Made by a program: the position numbers and the translations under genes. From assembly GCA_964652315.1 (NCBI GenBank), contig CAZZBU010000002.1, forward strand, positions 7,812-71,811: DNA of 64,000 nt, read 5' to 3'. Positions within the stretch are counted from its first letter, which is position 1. The number at the start of each line of letters is the position of its first letter. Positions 18,678-27,180 of the stretch are shown piece after piece. The notes beneath the pieces were generated by a model. It made no database searches. It worked only from the letters and a program-made list of their open reading frames with translations, and was not told the DNA's origin. The stretch is from an uncultured Bacteroidales bacterium. GTDB lineage: Bacteria > Bacteroidota > Bacteroidia > Bacteroidales > JAAAOM01.

Positions 18678-20447
18678 ATGAAGATGTCACTGCTTACCAG
18701 GGTTTCTTTGTGGAGATTAAGGCGCATTAACGATAAGCAATTGTTAATGCTGCTGAGTATGCTTATTGGTATTGCTGTCGGTTTAGCCGCTTTTATCATC
18801 AAATCTCTGGTGCATTATATCCAAACTGTTCTTGATAAATTAGCCATGGATCAGAGCAATTACTTTTTTCTGATCTATCCCTTAATTGGTATTTTTCTTA
18901 CCATATTGTTTATCCGGTATATTAACCGGCGTCCGGTGGGTCATGGTATACCCAGTGTGTTGTATGCCATATCAAAGAACAGTGGCATTATCCGGCGGCA
19001 TAATCTGTATTCTTCGGTTATAAGCAGTGGTCTTACTGTTGGGTTTGGTGGGTCTGTTGGTCTTGAAGGGCCAACAGTGGCTACCGGCGCAGCTATTGGT
19101 TCAAATATTGGAAGATTGTTGCACCTCAACTATAAGCAAATTACCCTCATGTTGGGGTGTGCTTCTGCAGGCGCTATGGCAGCAATTTTTAAAGCACCCA
19201 TTGCAGCCATTGTTTTTGCCCTTGAGGTTATTATGCTCGATCTGACCATGGCGGCTATTGTACCGCTTTTAATATCCTCTACAACGGCGGCATTGACATC
19301 GTATTTTTTATTGGGGCAGAATGTGCTTTATTCTTTTAAAATTGATGAAGTTTTTCAGATTGACAATACCGGCTATTATATTTTATTGGGCATACTCACT
19401 GCATTGGTCTCTTTGTATTTCACCAAGTGCTATATGTGGGTTACAGGGTTGTTTGAGAAAATTAAAGGCGGTTTTAACCGGTTATTGATTGGCGGGACCA
19501 TCCTGGGTATCCTTATCTTTTTTCTTCCGACTTTGTACGGTGAGGGATATCAGATAATTAACGCCTCACTGGCAGGGCAGTTTGATCACCTCTTTGCTTC
19601 AAACCTTTACGGGGGGCTTGCCCGGAACGAGTTTACCATCATCATTCTTTTTATCTTGGTTTTGGTTTTCAAGGTAATTGCCACTTCGGTTACTTTTGGT
19701 GCAGGTGGTGTGGGTGGAATTTTTGCACCCAGTTTGTTCATGGGAGCGCATACAGGACTGTTTTTTGCTTATATCATGAGTCTCTTTGGTGTAGAACTGC
19801 CATTGAGCAATTTTGCACTTGTAGGCATGGCCGGAGTAATTGCCGGAGTGATTCATGCTCCATTGACATCCATTTTTTTAATTGCAGAAATTACCGGTGG
19901 ATATGCTTTGTTTATGCCACTAATGATTGTGGCAACCATTTCTTTTGCCACTACCAGGTTTTTTATTTCAAATTCAGTATATACTATTCAGTTGGCCCGC
20001 CGTGGGGAGCTTATCACACACCATAAAGATAAAGCCCTGCTTATGCTGCTTCGGGTAGAACATTTAATTGAAAAGGATTTTAGTGTGATTCATCCCGGTC
20101 AGACATTAGGCGATGTAATTAAGGTAATACGGAATGCCCACCGCAATATTTTTCCGGTTGTTGATGAAAGCGATGGCATGTTTCGAGGAATTGTGAAAAT
20201 GGATAATATCCGGCACATAATGTTTAATCACGAATTATACGATAAGATACATGTCCGCGACCTGATGTTTATGCCACAATATGTTATTAATATAGGTGAA
20301 TCTGTGGAAGATGTAGCCATGAAGTTTCAGGTTAGTGGTAGATATAACATTGCAGTAATTAATAAGGGGAAATACCTTGGGTTCATCTCCAGGGCAAAAC
20401 TTTTCTCGGCATACAGGAAACTACTAAAAGATTTTTCCGAAGATTAA
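18678..20447 (+). CDS. CLC-family anion channel/transporter with C-terminal CBS pair (paralogue 1)
   Basis: 589 aa. 'GHGIPSV', 'GSVGLEGPTV', 'FKAPIAA' and 'GGIFAPSLFMG'. The C-terminal ~140 aa have a tandem CBS pattern ('IFPVVDE...GIV'). Confidence 0.9.
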   Translation: MKMSLLTRVSLWRLRRINDKQLLMLLSMLIGIAVGLAAFIIKSLVHYIQTVLDKLAMDQSNYFFLIYPLIGIFLTILFIRYINRRPVGHGIPSVLYAISKNSGIIRRHNLYSSVISSGLTVGFGGSVGLEGPTVATGAAIGSNIGRLLHLNYKQITLMLGCASAGAMAAIFKAPIAAIVFALEVIMLDLTMAAIVPLLISSTTAALTSYFLLGQNVLYSFKIDEVFQIDNTGYYILLGILTALVSLYFTKCYMWVTGLFEKIKGGFNRLLIGGTILGILIFFLPTLYGEGYQIINASLAGQFDHLFASNLYGGLARNEFTIIILFILVLVFKVIATSVTFGAGGVGGIFAPSLFMGAHTGLFFAYIMSLFGVELPLSNFALVGMAGVIAGVIHAPLTSIFLIAEITGGYALFMPLMIVATISFATTRFFISNSVYTIQLARRGELITHHKDKALLMLLRVEHLIEKDFSVIHPGQTLGDVIKVIRNAHRNIFPVVDESDGMFRGIVKMDNIRHIMFNHELYDKIHVRDLMFMPQYVINIGESVEDVAMKFQVSGRYNIAVINKGKYLGFISRAKLFSAYRKLLKDFSED

Positions 20448-20556
20448 TCTTTTTAATTTCTCCTTGCTTAACAGTTTTGATATGCTACATTTGCACCGTT
20501 TTTCATTCAGCAATTTTTATCCTGATTTTAACAATACTGAACGTATCTTCCTGGGG

Positions 20557-20564
20557 TATATTTG
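20557..20564 (+). promoter_or_regulatory. candidate -7 box (TAnnTTTG) for CLC paralogue 2
   Basis: TATATTTG, 26 nt upstream of ATG 20590. A second match, TACATTTG, lies at 20486-20493. Confidence 0.35.
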
Positions 20565-20589
20565 GCTTTAGTAGAGAAGTTTTTTAATT

Positions 20590-22380
20590 ATGTTATCTGC
20601 AGTGAACAAAATAAAAGGTATCCTTGTAAGATTTCTAATATGGCGGGCACGGCACATCCCACATCGCCGGTTTGTGCTCATACTTAGTTTTGTAATCGGA
20701 CTGGTAAGCGGCGGTGCTGCCGTGGTACTTAAAAATACGGTGCATTTTACATCAAACTTAATTCTCGGTCATCTGGATGAGCACAATGCACATTTGTTGT
20801 TTTTAATGTACCCCATGATTGGTATTTTACTGACAGTCCTTTTTGTACGTTATTTTGTAAAAGACAATCTTGGCCACGGTGTCAGCCGCATTTTGTATGC
20901 TATTTCAAAACAAGGCGGTTATATCAAACCACATAACAATTATTCCTCCATGGTTGCCAGTACGCTCACAGTTGGTTTTGGCGGTTCGGTTGGGTTAGAG
21001 GCACCGATTGTGCTAACCGGTTCTTCCATAGGGTCTACTTTTGCCCGTTTGTTGCGCCAGAATTTTAAAACCACAACATTGCTTATAGGTTGTGGTGCAG
21101 CCGGTGCTATTGCAGGTATCTTCAAAGCACCTATTGCAGCAGTTCTTTTTGGACTTGAAATCCTTATGCTTGACCTTACTATGTCGTCCTTGTTGCCCCT
21201 GTTGATTTCAGCGGTGACCGGAGCAACTGTATCCTATTTTTTTATGGGTAAAGGAGTAATATTTTCCTTCATGGTCGATGAATCTTATTTTCTGGGCGAC
21301 ATGCCGTATTACATTGTGCTGGGCATCATCACCGGCCTGGTTTCAACTTATTTTACAAGAATCACCATCTGGCTCGAATCGGTTATGGCAAAGGTTAAAA
21401 ATATCTACTCTAAAATAGCGATTGGGGGCATAAGCCTCGGATTACTGATTTATCTGTTCCCTCCCTTATATGGTGAAGGATACGATACTTTGATTGATTT
21501 ATTTAATGACCGGGCCAGTGAAATTATGACCGGAACCCTTGTTGAGGGGTATGCGCATCAGTTCTGGGTTGTTGTTGGTTTTCTTTTGCTGGTATTGTTG
21601 TTCAAAGTATTTGCCACGGCTTTAACTTCAGGTAGCGGGGGTGTAGGTGGAATTTTTGCCCCAAGCCTTTTTATGGGCGGAGTTGTCGGTTACCTGTCGG
21701 CACTGCTGATTAATTCGTTCGATTTTTTTAATATTTCCCCTGGTAACTTTGCCCTCGTGGGGATGGCCGGTGTAATGGCCGGAGTGATGCATGCTCCGCT
21801 TACAGCTATTTTCCTTATTGCTGAGATTACCGGAGGATATCAGCTTTTTATTCCTTTAATAACAACAGCAACAATCGCCTACCTTACTATCATGTATTTT
21901 GAACCGCATTCCATCTATACAAAACGCCTTGCGGCAAGAGGGGAGCTGTTAACCCATAATAAGGACAAATCAATTTTACAGCTAATCAAAATTCATTCGG
22001 TTATCGAAAAGGATTTAAAAAAGGTACATCCTGATGACACTCTGCGTAGGTTGGTAAAAACCATTTCAAAATCGAAACGTAATATATTTCCTGTAGTAGA
22101 CGAGGAAAATACTTTGCTCGGAATAGTATTGCTCGATAATATCAGGGAGATCATCTTCAATACCGAGATGTATGATGAGATGAAAGTGAGTTCATTAATG
22201 ATTATGCCTCCTGCAACAGTTTCAACTAACGATACCATGGAAGCCGTTATGACAAAATTCAATGAAACAGGAGCCTGGAACCTTCCTGTAGTGAACCAGG
22301 GAAAATATGTTGGTTTTATATCCAAATCCAAGTTATTCTCCATATACCGAAAATGGTTGGTGGATATATCCATGACCTGA
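20590..22380 (+). CDS. CLC-family anion channel/transporter with C-terminal CBS pair (paralogue 2)
   Basis: 596 aa and colinear with the upstream CLC. 'GHGVSRI', 'GSVGLEAPIV', 'GGIFAPSLFMG' and a CBS pair. Confidence 0.9.
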   Translation: MLSAVNKIKGILVRFLIWRARHIPHRRFVLILSFVIGLVSGGAAVVLKNTVHFTSNLILGHLDEHNAHLLFLMYPMIGILLTVLFVRYFVKDNLGHGVSRILYAISKQGGYIKPHNNYSSMVASTLTVGFGGSVGLEAPIVLTGSSIGSTFARLLRQNFKTTTLLIGCGAAGAIAGIFKAPIAAVLFGLEILMLDLTMSSLLPLLISAVTGATVSYFFMGKGVIFSFMVDESYFLGDMPYYIVLGIITGLVSTYFTRITIWLESVMAKVKNIYSKIAIGGISLGLLIYLFPPLYGEGYDTLIDLFNDRASEIMTGTLVEGYAHQFWVVVGFLLLVLLFKVFATALTSGSGGVGGIFAPSLFMGGVVGYLSALLINSFDFFNISPGNFALVGMAGVMAGVMHAPLTAIFLIAEITGGYQLFIPLITTATIAYLTIMYFEPHSIYTKRLAARGELLTHNKDKSILQLIKIHSVIEKDLKKVHPDDTLRRLVKTISKSKRNIFPVVDEENTLLGIVLLDNIREIIFNTEMYDEMKVSSLMIMPPATVSTNDTMEAVMTKFNETGAWNLPVVNQGKYVGFISKSKLFSIYRKWLVDISMT

Positions 22381-22613
22381 TGCAACCCGGAAATTATATG
22401 GCACTGATTAATAGAAAAGAACTGATTGTCATTGTCATTCAATATTTGGATTATTTATGGTATGAATGATATAATATTAATATTGTATTTTTATATTATT
22501 TTGTATTTTTACGGCTGTCATACGCCCGCATTGTTAAAATAATAAATAAAAATCAGCAAGAAGATAATGTATGTTGCAGTTATAGCTGGAAACCGAGAAA
22601 AAATCCATAACCT

Positions 22614-23027
22614 ATGAGCAGTTATTCTGATGATTTTTTTAATATGCCCAATCCTGAGCCATGGAAGGGTAAATCGGTTCTAATTGTTGAAGACGACGAA
22701 GTCAGTTTGTTACTCCTTAAAGAGTTTTTACAGGATACGGAGCTTACCATTTATTCAACAATATCTGGTGAAGAAGCAGTTGCAATCTTTGAAAAACATC
22801 CGGATATTGATCTGGTGCTGATGGATTTGCAACTTCCTGAGATGAATGGATTTGAAGCTTTCGAAGCCATAAAGAAAATTAATAAGGAAGTACCTGTTGT
22901 TGCACAAACTGCATTTTATAATACGGAGATGCGTAACAGATGCAGAGATGCCGGTTTTGCTGGTTTTCTTCCCAAACCCCTGGTATTGACAGATTGCGTT
23001 AATGAGCTGAAGAAGCACCTTGCATAA
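22614..23027 (+). CDS. stand-alone response-regulator receiver (CheY-like)
   Basis: 137 aa. 'VLIVEDDE', phospho-acceptor context 'LVLMDLQLPEMNG', 'VVAQTA' and 'FLPKP'. Confidence 0.85.
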   Translation: MSSYSDDFFNMPNPEPWKGKSVLIVEDDEVSLLLLKEFLQDTELTIYSTISGEEAVAIFEKHPDIDLVLMDLQLPEMNGFEAFEAIKKINKEVPVVAQTAFYNTEMRNRCRDAGFAGFLPKPLVLTDCVNELKKHLA

Positions 23028-23062
23028 GCAACTGCTGAGAAGTAGAAATTGAATATATCTAA

Positions 23063-24361
23063 ATGCCTAAAACTTTATTAATGGAAAAAGATAAATTAAT
23101 ATTTGATCTTATAGAGAAAGAACATCAGCGTCAGTTGAATGGTATTGAACTTATTGCTTCTGAAAACTTTGTCAGTGACCAGGTGATGGAAGCCATGGGG
23201 TCGTATCTGACCAATAAATATGCTGAGGGGCTTCCTGGAAAACGGTATTACGGAGGATGCGAAGTAGTAGATGAAGTTGAACAGCTTGCCATTGAAAGGG
23301 CTAAAAAACTTTTCAATGCTGAGTGGGCCAATGTTCAGCCTCACTCCGGTGCTCAGGCCAATGCTGCAGTAATGCTGGCAGTGCTCAAGCCGGGAGATAC
23401 ATTTCTTGGCCTGGATTTATCCCATGGAGGGCATTTAACGCATGGTTCATTTGTCAATTATTCCGGTATTTTATACCGCCCCGTTGCATATAAGGTGAAA
23501 GAAGAAACAGGGATGATTGATTATGATATGATGGAAGAACTTGCCATCAAAGAAAAACCAAAGTTGATCGTAGCCGGTGCTTCTGCTTATTCACGTGACT
23601 GGGATTATGAGCGTATGCGTAGCATAGCTGATAAGGTTGGTGCTCTGCTAATGGCTGATGTAGCCCATCCTGCCGGTTTGATAGTAAAGGGTTTTTTAAA
23701 TCATCCTTTTCCACATTGCCACATCGTTACTACAACAACACACAAAACCCTTCGGGGGCCTCGCGGAGGACTAATAGTAATAGGTAAGGATTTTGACAAT
23801 CCATGGGGCTTGACCACTCCTAAAGGTGCGGTGAAAAAGATGTCGCAATTGCTCGATTCGGCCGTTTTCCCGGGTACGCAGGGAGGTCCGCTGGAACATG
23901 TCATTGCAGCCAAGGCGGTTGCTTTTGGTGAAGCGCTTACCGATACCTATAAGAATTACATACAACAGGTGCTTACCAATGCCCGGACCATGGCCAAAGC
24001 ATTTATTGATAAAGGCTATAAAGTAATTTCTGATGGTACAGATAACCATTCCATGCTGATTGACTTACGTACAAAGGTGCCGGATGTTACCGGGAAGCAG
24101 GTTGAGAATACCCTGGTGAAGGCAGATATCACCATCAATAAAAACATGGTACCTTTTGACAGCCGGTCGCCATTCCAGACTTCTGGTTTTCGTGTTGGCA
24201 CATCAGCCATTACCACCCGTGGGGTAAAAGATGATATAATACCTAAAATTGTTGATCTGATCGATGAAGTCATCATGAACATCAACGATGAAAGTAAAAT
24301 AGCGGATGTAAAAAAGCGGGTTAACAGCATGATGGGCAGTTATCCTTTATTTGCCGATTAA
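23063..24361 (+). CDS. glyA: serine hydroxymethyltransferase
   Basis: 432 aa. 'IELIASENF', '[13 protein letters not shown]' and the PLP-lysine region '[15 protein letters not shown]'. Confidence 0.97.
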   Translation: MPKTLLMEKDKLIFDLIEKEHQRQLNGIELIASENFVSDQVMEAMGSYLTNKYAEGLPGKRYYGGCEVVDEVEQLAIERAKKLFNAEWANVQPHSGAQANAAVMLAVLKPGDTFLGLDLSHGGHLTHGSFVNYSGILYRPVAYKVKEETGMIDYDMMEELAIKEKPKLIVAGASAYSRDWDYERMRSIADKVGALLMADVAHPAGLIVKGFLNHPFPHCHIVTTTTHKTLRGPRGGLIVIGKDFDNPWGLTTPKGAVKKMSQLLDSAVFPGTQGGPLEHVIAAKAVAFGEALTDTYKNYIQQVLTNARTMAKAFIDKGYKVISDGTDNHSMLIDLRTKVPDVTGKQVENTLVKADITINKNMVPFDSRSPFQTSGFRVGTSAITTRGVKDDIIPKIVDLIDEVIMNINDESKIADVKKRVNSMMGSYPLFAD

Positions 24362-24379
24362 GCTTATTGCCGGATATTC

Positions 24380-25132
24380 ATGGAATGGTACCTGGTTTTA
24401 GCCGTTATTGGCGCTGGTTTTATTGCCGGATTCATCAATACACTGGCTGGGAGCGGCTCATTATTAACCCTCCCGTTGCTTATTTTTTTAGGATTACCGC
24501 CCACTGTGGCTAATGGGACAAACCGGGTGGCCATCCTGCTCCAGACTGTCGTTGCAGTTAGTAGTTTTAAAAAGCAAAAAGTACTCGATACAAAAACCGG
24601 TGTGAGGCTGGGTGTTTTCGCGTTGCTTGGTTCTGTCGTTGGGGCCATGCTGGCTGCCGACCTAAATGAGCAGGTTATGGAGCACACCATCGGTTTTCTG
24701 CTGATTATAATGACCGGGCTTATCTTGTTTAAACCACAGGTATGGATAAAAGAACATGCCGGAGAGGTAGCTGCCAAATCCATCCCGGTGCAGTTTATCA
24801 TCTATTTTTTTATCGGTATTTATGGCGGCTTCATTCAGGCCGGTGTGGGATTTTTTCTCCTGGCCGGTCTTGTGCTGGGTAGTGGTCTGGGACTGGTGAA
24901 GGCGAATGCAATTAAGCTGTTAATCATGTTGATATATACTCCGGTAGCCCTTGCTGTATTTATGTGGAACAACCAGGTGGATTACAAAATAGGCTTAATA
25001 CTTGCGCTTGGAAATATGTTGGGGGCTTTGGTGGCTTCCAGGCTGGCCATAAAAAGAGGAGCAATTTTTATCCGCTATTTTTTAATTATTGCTTTAACAG
25101 GATCGGTGCTAAAGCTTTTTGGAGTATTTTAA
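24380..25132 (+). CDS. TauE/SafE-family anion exporter membrane protein
   Basis: 250 aa with about 8 TM. 'GFINTLAGSGSLLTLPLLI..GLPP..ANGTN' is typical of the family. Starts 18 nt after glyA. Confidence 0.85.
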   Translation: MEWYLVLAVIGAGFIAGFINTLAGSGSLLTLPLLIFLGLPPTVANGTNRVAILLQTVVAVSSFKKQKVLDTKTGVRLGVFALLGSVVGAMLAADLNEQVMEHTIGFLLIIMTGLILFKPQVWIKEHAGEVAAKSIPVQFIIYFFIGIYGGFIQAGVGFFLLAGLVLGSGLGLVKANAIKLLIMLIYTPVALAVFMWNNQVDYKIGLILALGNMLGALVASRLAIKRGAIFIRYFLIIALTGSVLKLFGVF

Positions 25133-25932
25133 TTCAGTATAAAATTGTAGGTAATTGTTCCTTTCTGCATTGTTGGGGCATCGGGCTTTTTATCAAAACG
25201 AGCACGCAAAGCCGCTTGTTTGGCTGAATTCAGCAGATAGCTGTTGTTTGTGGTTGATCCTTTTACACCCGGGATGGCGTTTACTACCCTACCTGTCTGA
25301 TCAACAGTAATCTCCACAACAACTTTACCCTCAACCTGCTGGTTATATTCAGGCTCAGGGAAACTTTGTATGGAACGTCCTTCAAGGGATATTGTATTTC
25401 CGTTTCCTCCAAGGCTCTGACCTAACGTCCTGTTGTCTGAATTTGGATCTCCGGTGGCACTTCCCTGGTTTCCTTCCGGATATGTTCTGCCTTCACCCTG
25501 GGTGCCTCCATCTTCGGTTCGCCCGCGGTACAGGGCATTCTGGTTTACGGTACGCCTTGGTTCTTCAACAGGTTCTTCTTCCACGGTTTGTTGTGTGGGT
25601 TGTTCAGTAGTAACATCCTCAGGTTGTTCTTTAACTGTTTCTCCCGGATTGGCTTCCACAGCCGGCGCTTCTTCAAAATCCTGTGTAAGGGTCTGTTGTT
25701 CGGCTCTGTCTTCAACCTGGCGTACAGGCGGTGATTCAACTTGTTGTTCTACCCGTGTATTCTGTCGGGGTTCTGTGGTGCCGGCACCAAAATCGCTGTC
25801 ACCAAAATTTATGAGTATGCCCTGTTCGGCCGGCAGGGGTAAGGGTGTAGTAAAGCCGAAATACAGGAATATAAACAGTAATCCCGAATGAAAAATAATG
25901 CTTCCTATAATACCCCTTCTTTTTGAACTCAT
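25129..25932 (-). CDS. tonB: energy transducer TonB
   Basis: 267 aa. N-terminal TM anchor and a Glu/Pro/Gln/Thr-rich linker. C-terminal TonB_C pattern 'PEYNQQVEGKVVVEITVDQTGRVVNA...GTITYNFIL'. Directly follows exbD. Confidence 0.8.
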   Translation of the reverse strand: MSSKRRGIIGSIIFHSGLLFIFLYFGFTTPLPLPAEQGILINFGDSDFGAGTTEPRQNTRVEQQVESPPVRQVEDRAEQQTLTQDFEEAPAVEANPGETVKEQPEDVTTEQPTQQTVEEEPVEEPRRTVNQNALYRGRTEDGGTQGEGRTYPEGNQGSATGDPNSDNRTLGQSLGGNGNTISLEGRSIQSFPEPEYNQQVEGKVVVEITVDQTGRVVNAIPGVKGSTTNNSYLLNSAKQAALRARFDKKPDAPTMQKGTITYNFILN

Positions 25933-25933
25933 A

Positions 25934-26329
25934 TTATCGTATTGGTTGCGTTGCCAGAATCATTTTGATATTATTGTTTTTGGCAATATTCATCACCTTC
26001 ACCATGTGTTCCACGGCAACTGATTTATCTACATGCAATGAAATTGTTGGTTCCTGTTCGTACTGTAGTTTTTGCAGCAGTACGTTTTCGAGCTCCGAGA
26101 GATCTACTGGTTCCTGTTCAATGTAATATTGCAAATCAGCAGTAATGGAAACGGTGGTTATGGGTTTTGCAGCAGTCTGCGAATTACTTTGCGGCAACAA
26201 TAATTTTAAAGCATTGGGTGCAATCAGTGTTGATGTCAGCATGAAAAATATAAGCAACAGAAAAACAATGTCTGTCATAGACGACATGCTGAAGGCAACA
26301 CTAATTTTATTTCTTGTGCGTAAAGCCAT
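25934..26329 (-). CDS. exbD: biopolymer transport protein ExbD/TolR
   Basis: 131 aa. 'MTDIVFLLLIFFMLTST' is the hallmark N-terminal TM. Lies 13 nt downstream of exbB. Confidence 0.88.
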   Translation of the reverse strand: MALRTRNKISVAFSMSSMTDIVFLLLIFFMLTSTLIAPNALKLLLPQSNSQTAAKPITTVSITADLQYYIEQEPVDLSELENVLLQKLQYEQEPTISLHVDKSVAVEHMVKVMNIAKNNNIKMILATQPIR

Positions 26330-26342
26330 AGTTCTTTAAATT

Positions 26343-27026
26343 TTAGTTTGCCGGTTCATTCAAAATATCCATGAACACGGATGTATTTACCTCGAGTTTG
26401 TTAACGACCTTTTCAACATTTGCTACCAGAATATTATAGGCAAAGTAGGCAATCACACCAACGATGAGTCCGGCCACAGTAGTAACCATTGCCGTGTAAA
26501 TACCGTTCGATAACAGGGCCACATCAATATTATTTCCTGCCATGGACATGTCATAAAATGCCCGAATCATACCCATAACGGTTCCCAGGAAGCCGAGCAT
26601 GGGAGCTCCACCGGCTACTGTGGCCAATAAAGGAAGTCCTTTTTCGAGCTTATAAATTTCAAGTTTCCCAACATTTTCAATGGCTGTATTTACATCATTC
26701 AGTGGCCTTCCAATGCGTTGAATGCCTTTTTCAATCATTTTAGCTTCCGGGGTTGGATTGCTCTGGCATAACGCCATAGCCGAATCAATTTTTCCATCAT
26801 GGATATAATCCTTAATCCTGTCCATAAAGTTTTGATCTTCCCTGGATGCTCTTTTAATGGCATAATACCTGTCAATAAAAATGTAGACAGCAATAAATGA
26901 AAGCAATACGATGGGAACCATCATCCATCCCCCTTTGAGGGCCATTTCAACAAATCGTAAGCTTATTTCTCCCTGTTGATCCAGGGCTGTGGTGTCGGCC
27001 ACGTTAACCTGCAAAAGTGTAAACAT
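26343..27026 (-). CDS. exbB: MotA/TolQ/ExbB proton-channel protein
   Basis: 227 aa. 'LATVAGGAPMLGFLGTVMGMIRAF' conserved channel motif. Confidence 0.9.
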   Translation of the reverse strand: MFTLLQVNVADTTALDQQGEISLRFVEMALKGGWMMVPIVLLSFIAVYIFIDRYYAIKRASREDQNFMDRIKDYIHDGKIDSAMALCQSNPTPEAKMIEKGIQRIGRPLNDVNTAIENVGKLEIYKLEKGLPLLATVAGGAPMLGFLGTVMGMIRAFYDMSMAGNNIDVALLSNGIYTAMVTTVAGLIVGVIAYFAYNILVANVEKVVNKLEVNTSVFMDILNEPAN

Positions 27027-27180
27027 TGTATGTTTTTTAATTTTTAGTAAAACGTACGTTAATTAAAATAATTATTCTTATTCTGTTAAAAACCTGACTA
27101 AATTAATTGAATTGATACACTTTTTAAAATATGATGCTGAGTTTTATTGTAACTGATGAACGAATCACAGGTGGGCGTCA

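Noticed and set aside
22440-22520. Short direct repeats ('attgtc' x2.5; 'ttgtattttta' twice) considered as a CRISPR or tandem-repeat element
   Set aside because: There are only two copies of 11 nt, AT-rich, with a 6-nt spacer. There are no spacer-like unique units and no cas genes. This is consistent with ordinary promoter-region low complexity.
25129-25132. 4-nt overlap of the convergent TauE-family and tonB 3' ends
   Set aside because: Overlapping stop regions of convergent genes are a trivial consequence of compact genomes. There is no sign of functional antisense regulation.
25433-25891. 152-aa ORF antisense to tonB, and 24364..24801 antisense to the TauE gene
   Set aside because: These are Ser/Cys/Pro/Arg-rich products of the reverse frame of a Glu/Pro/Gln-rich linker (tonB) or of a membrane protein. 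TonB_C and TauE motifs support the annotated strands.
27070-27100. Fur box upstream of exbB ('AATAATTATTCTTATTC')
   Set aside because: Only about 11 of 19 positions match the classical Fur consensus in an AT-rich context, which is not distinguishable from chance by eye.
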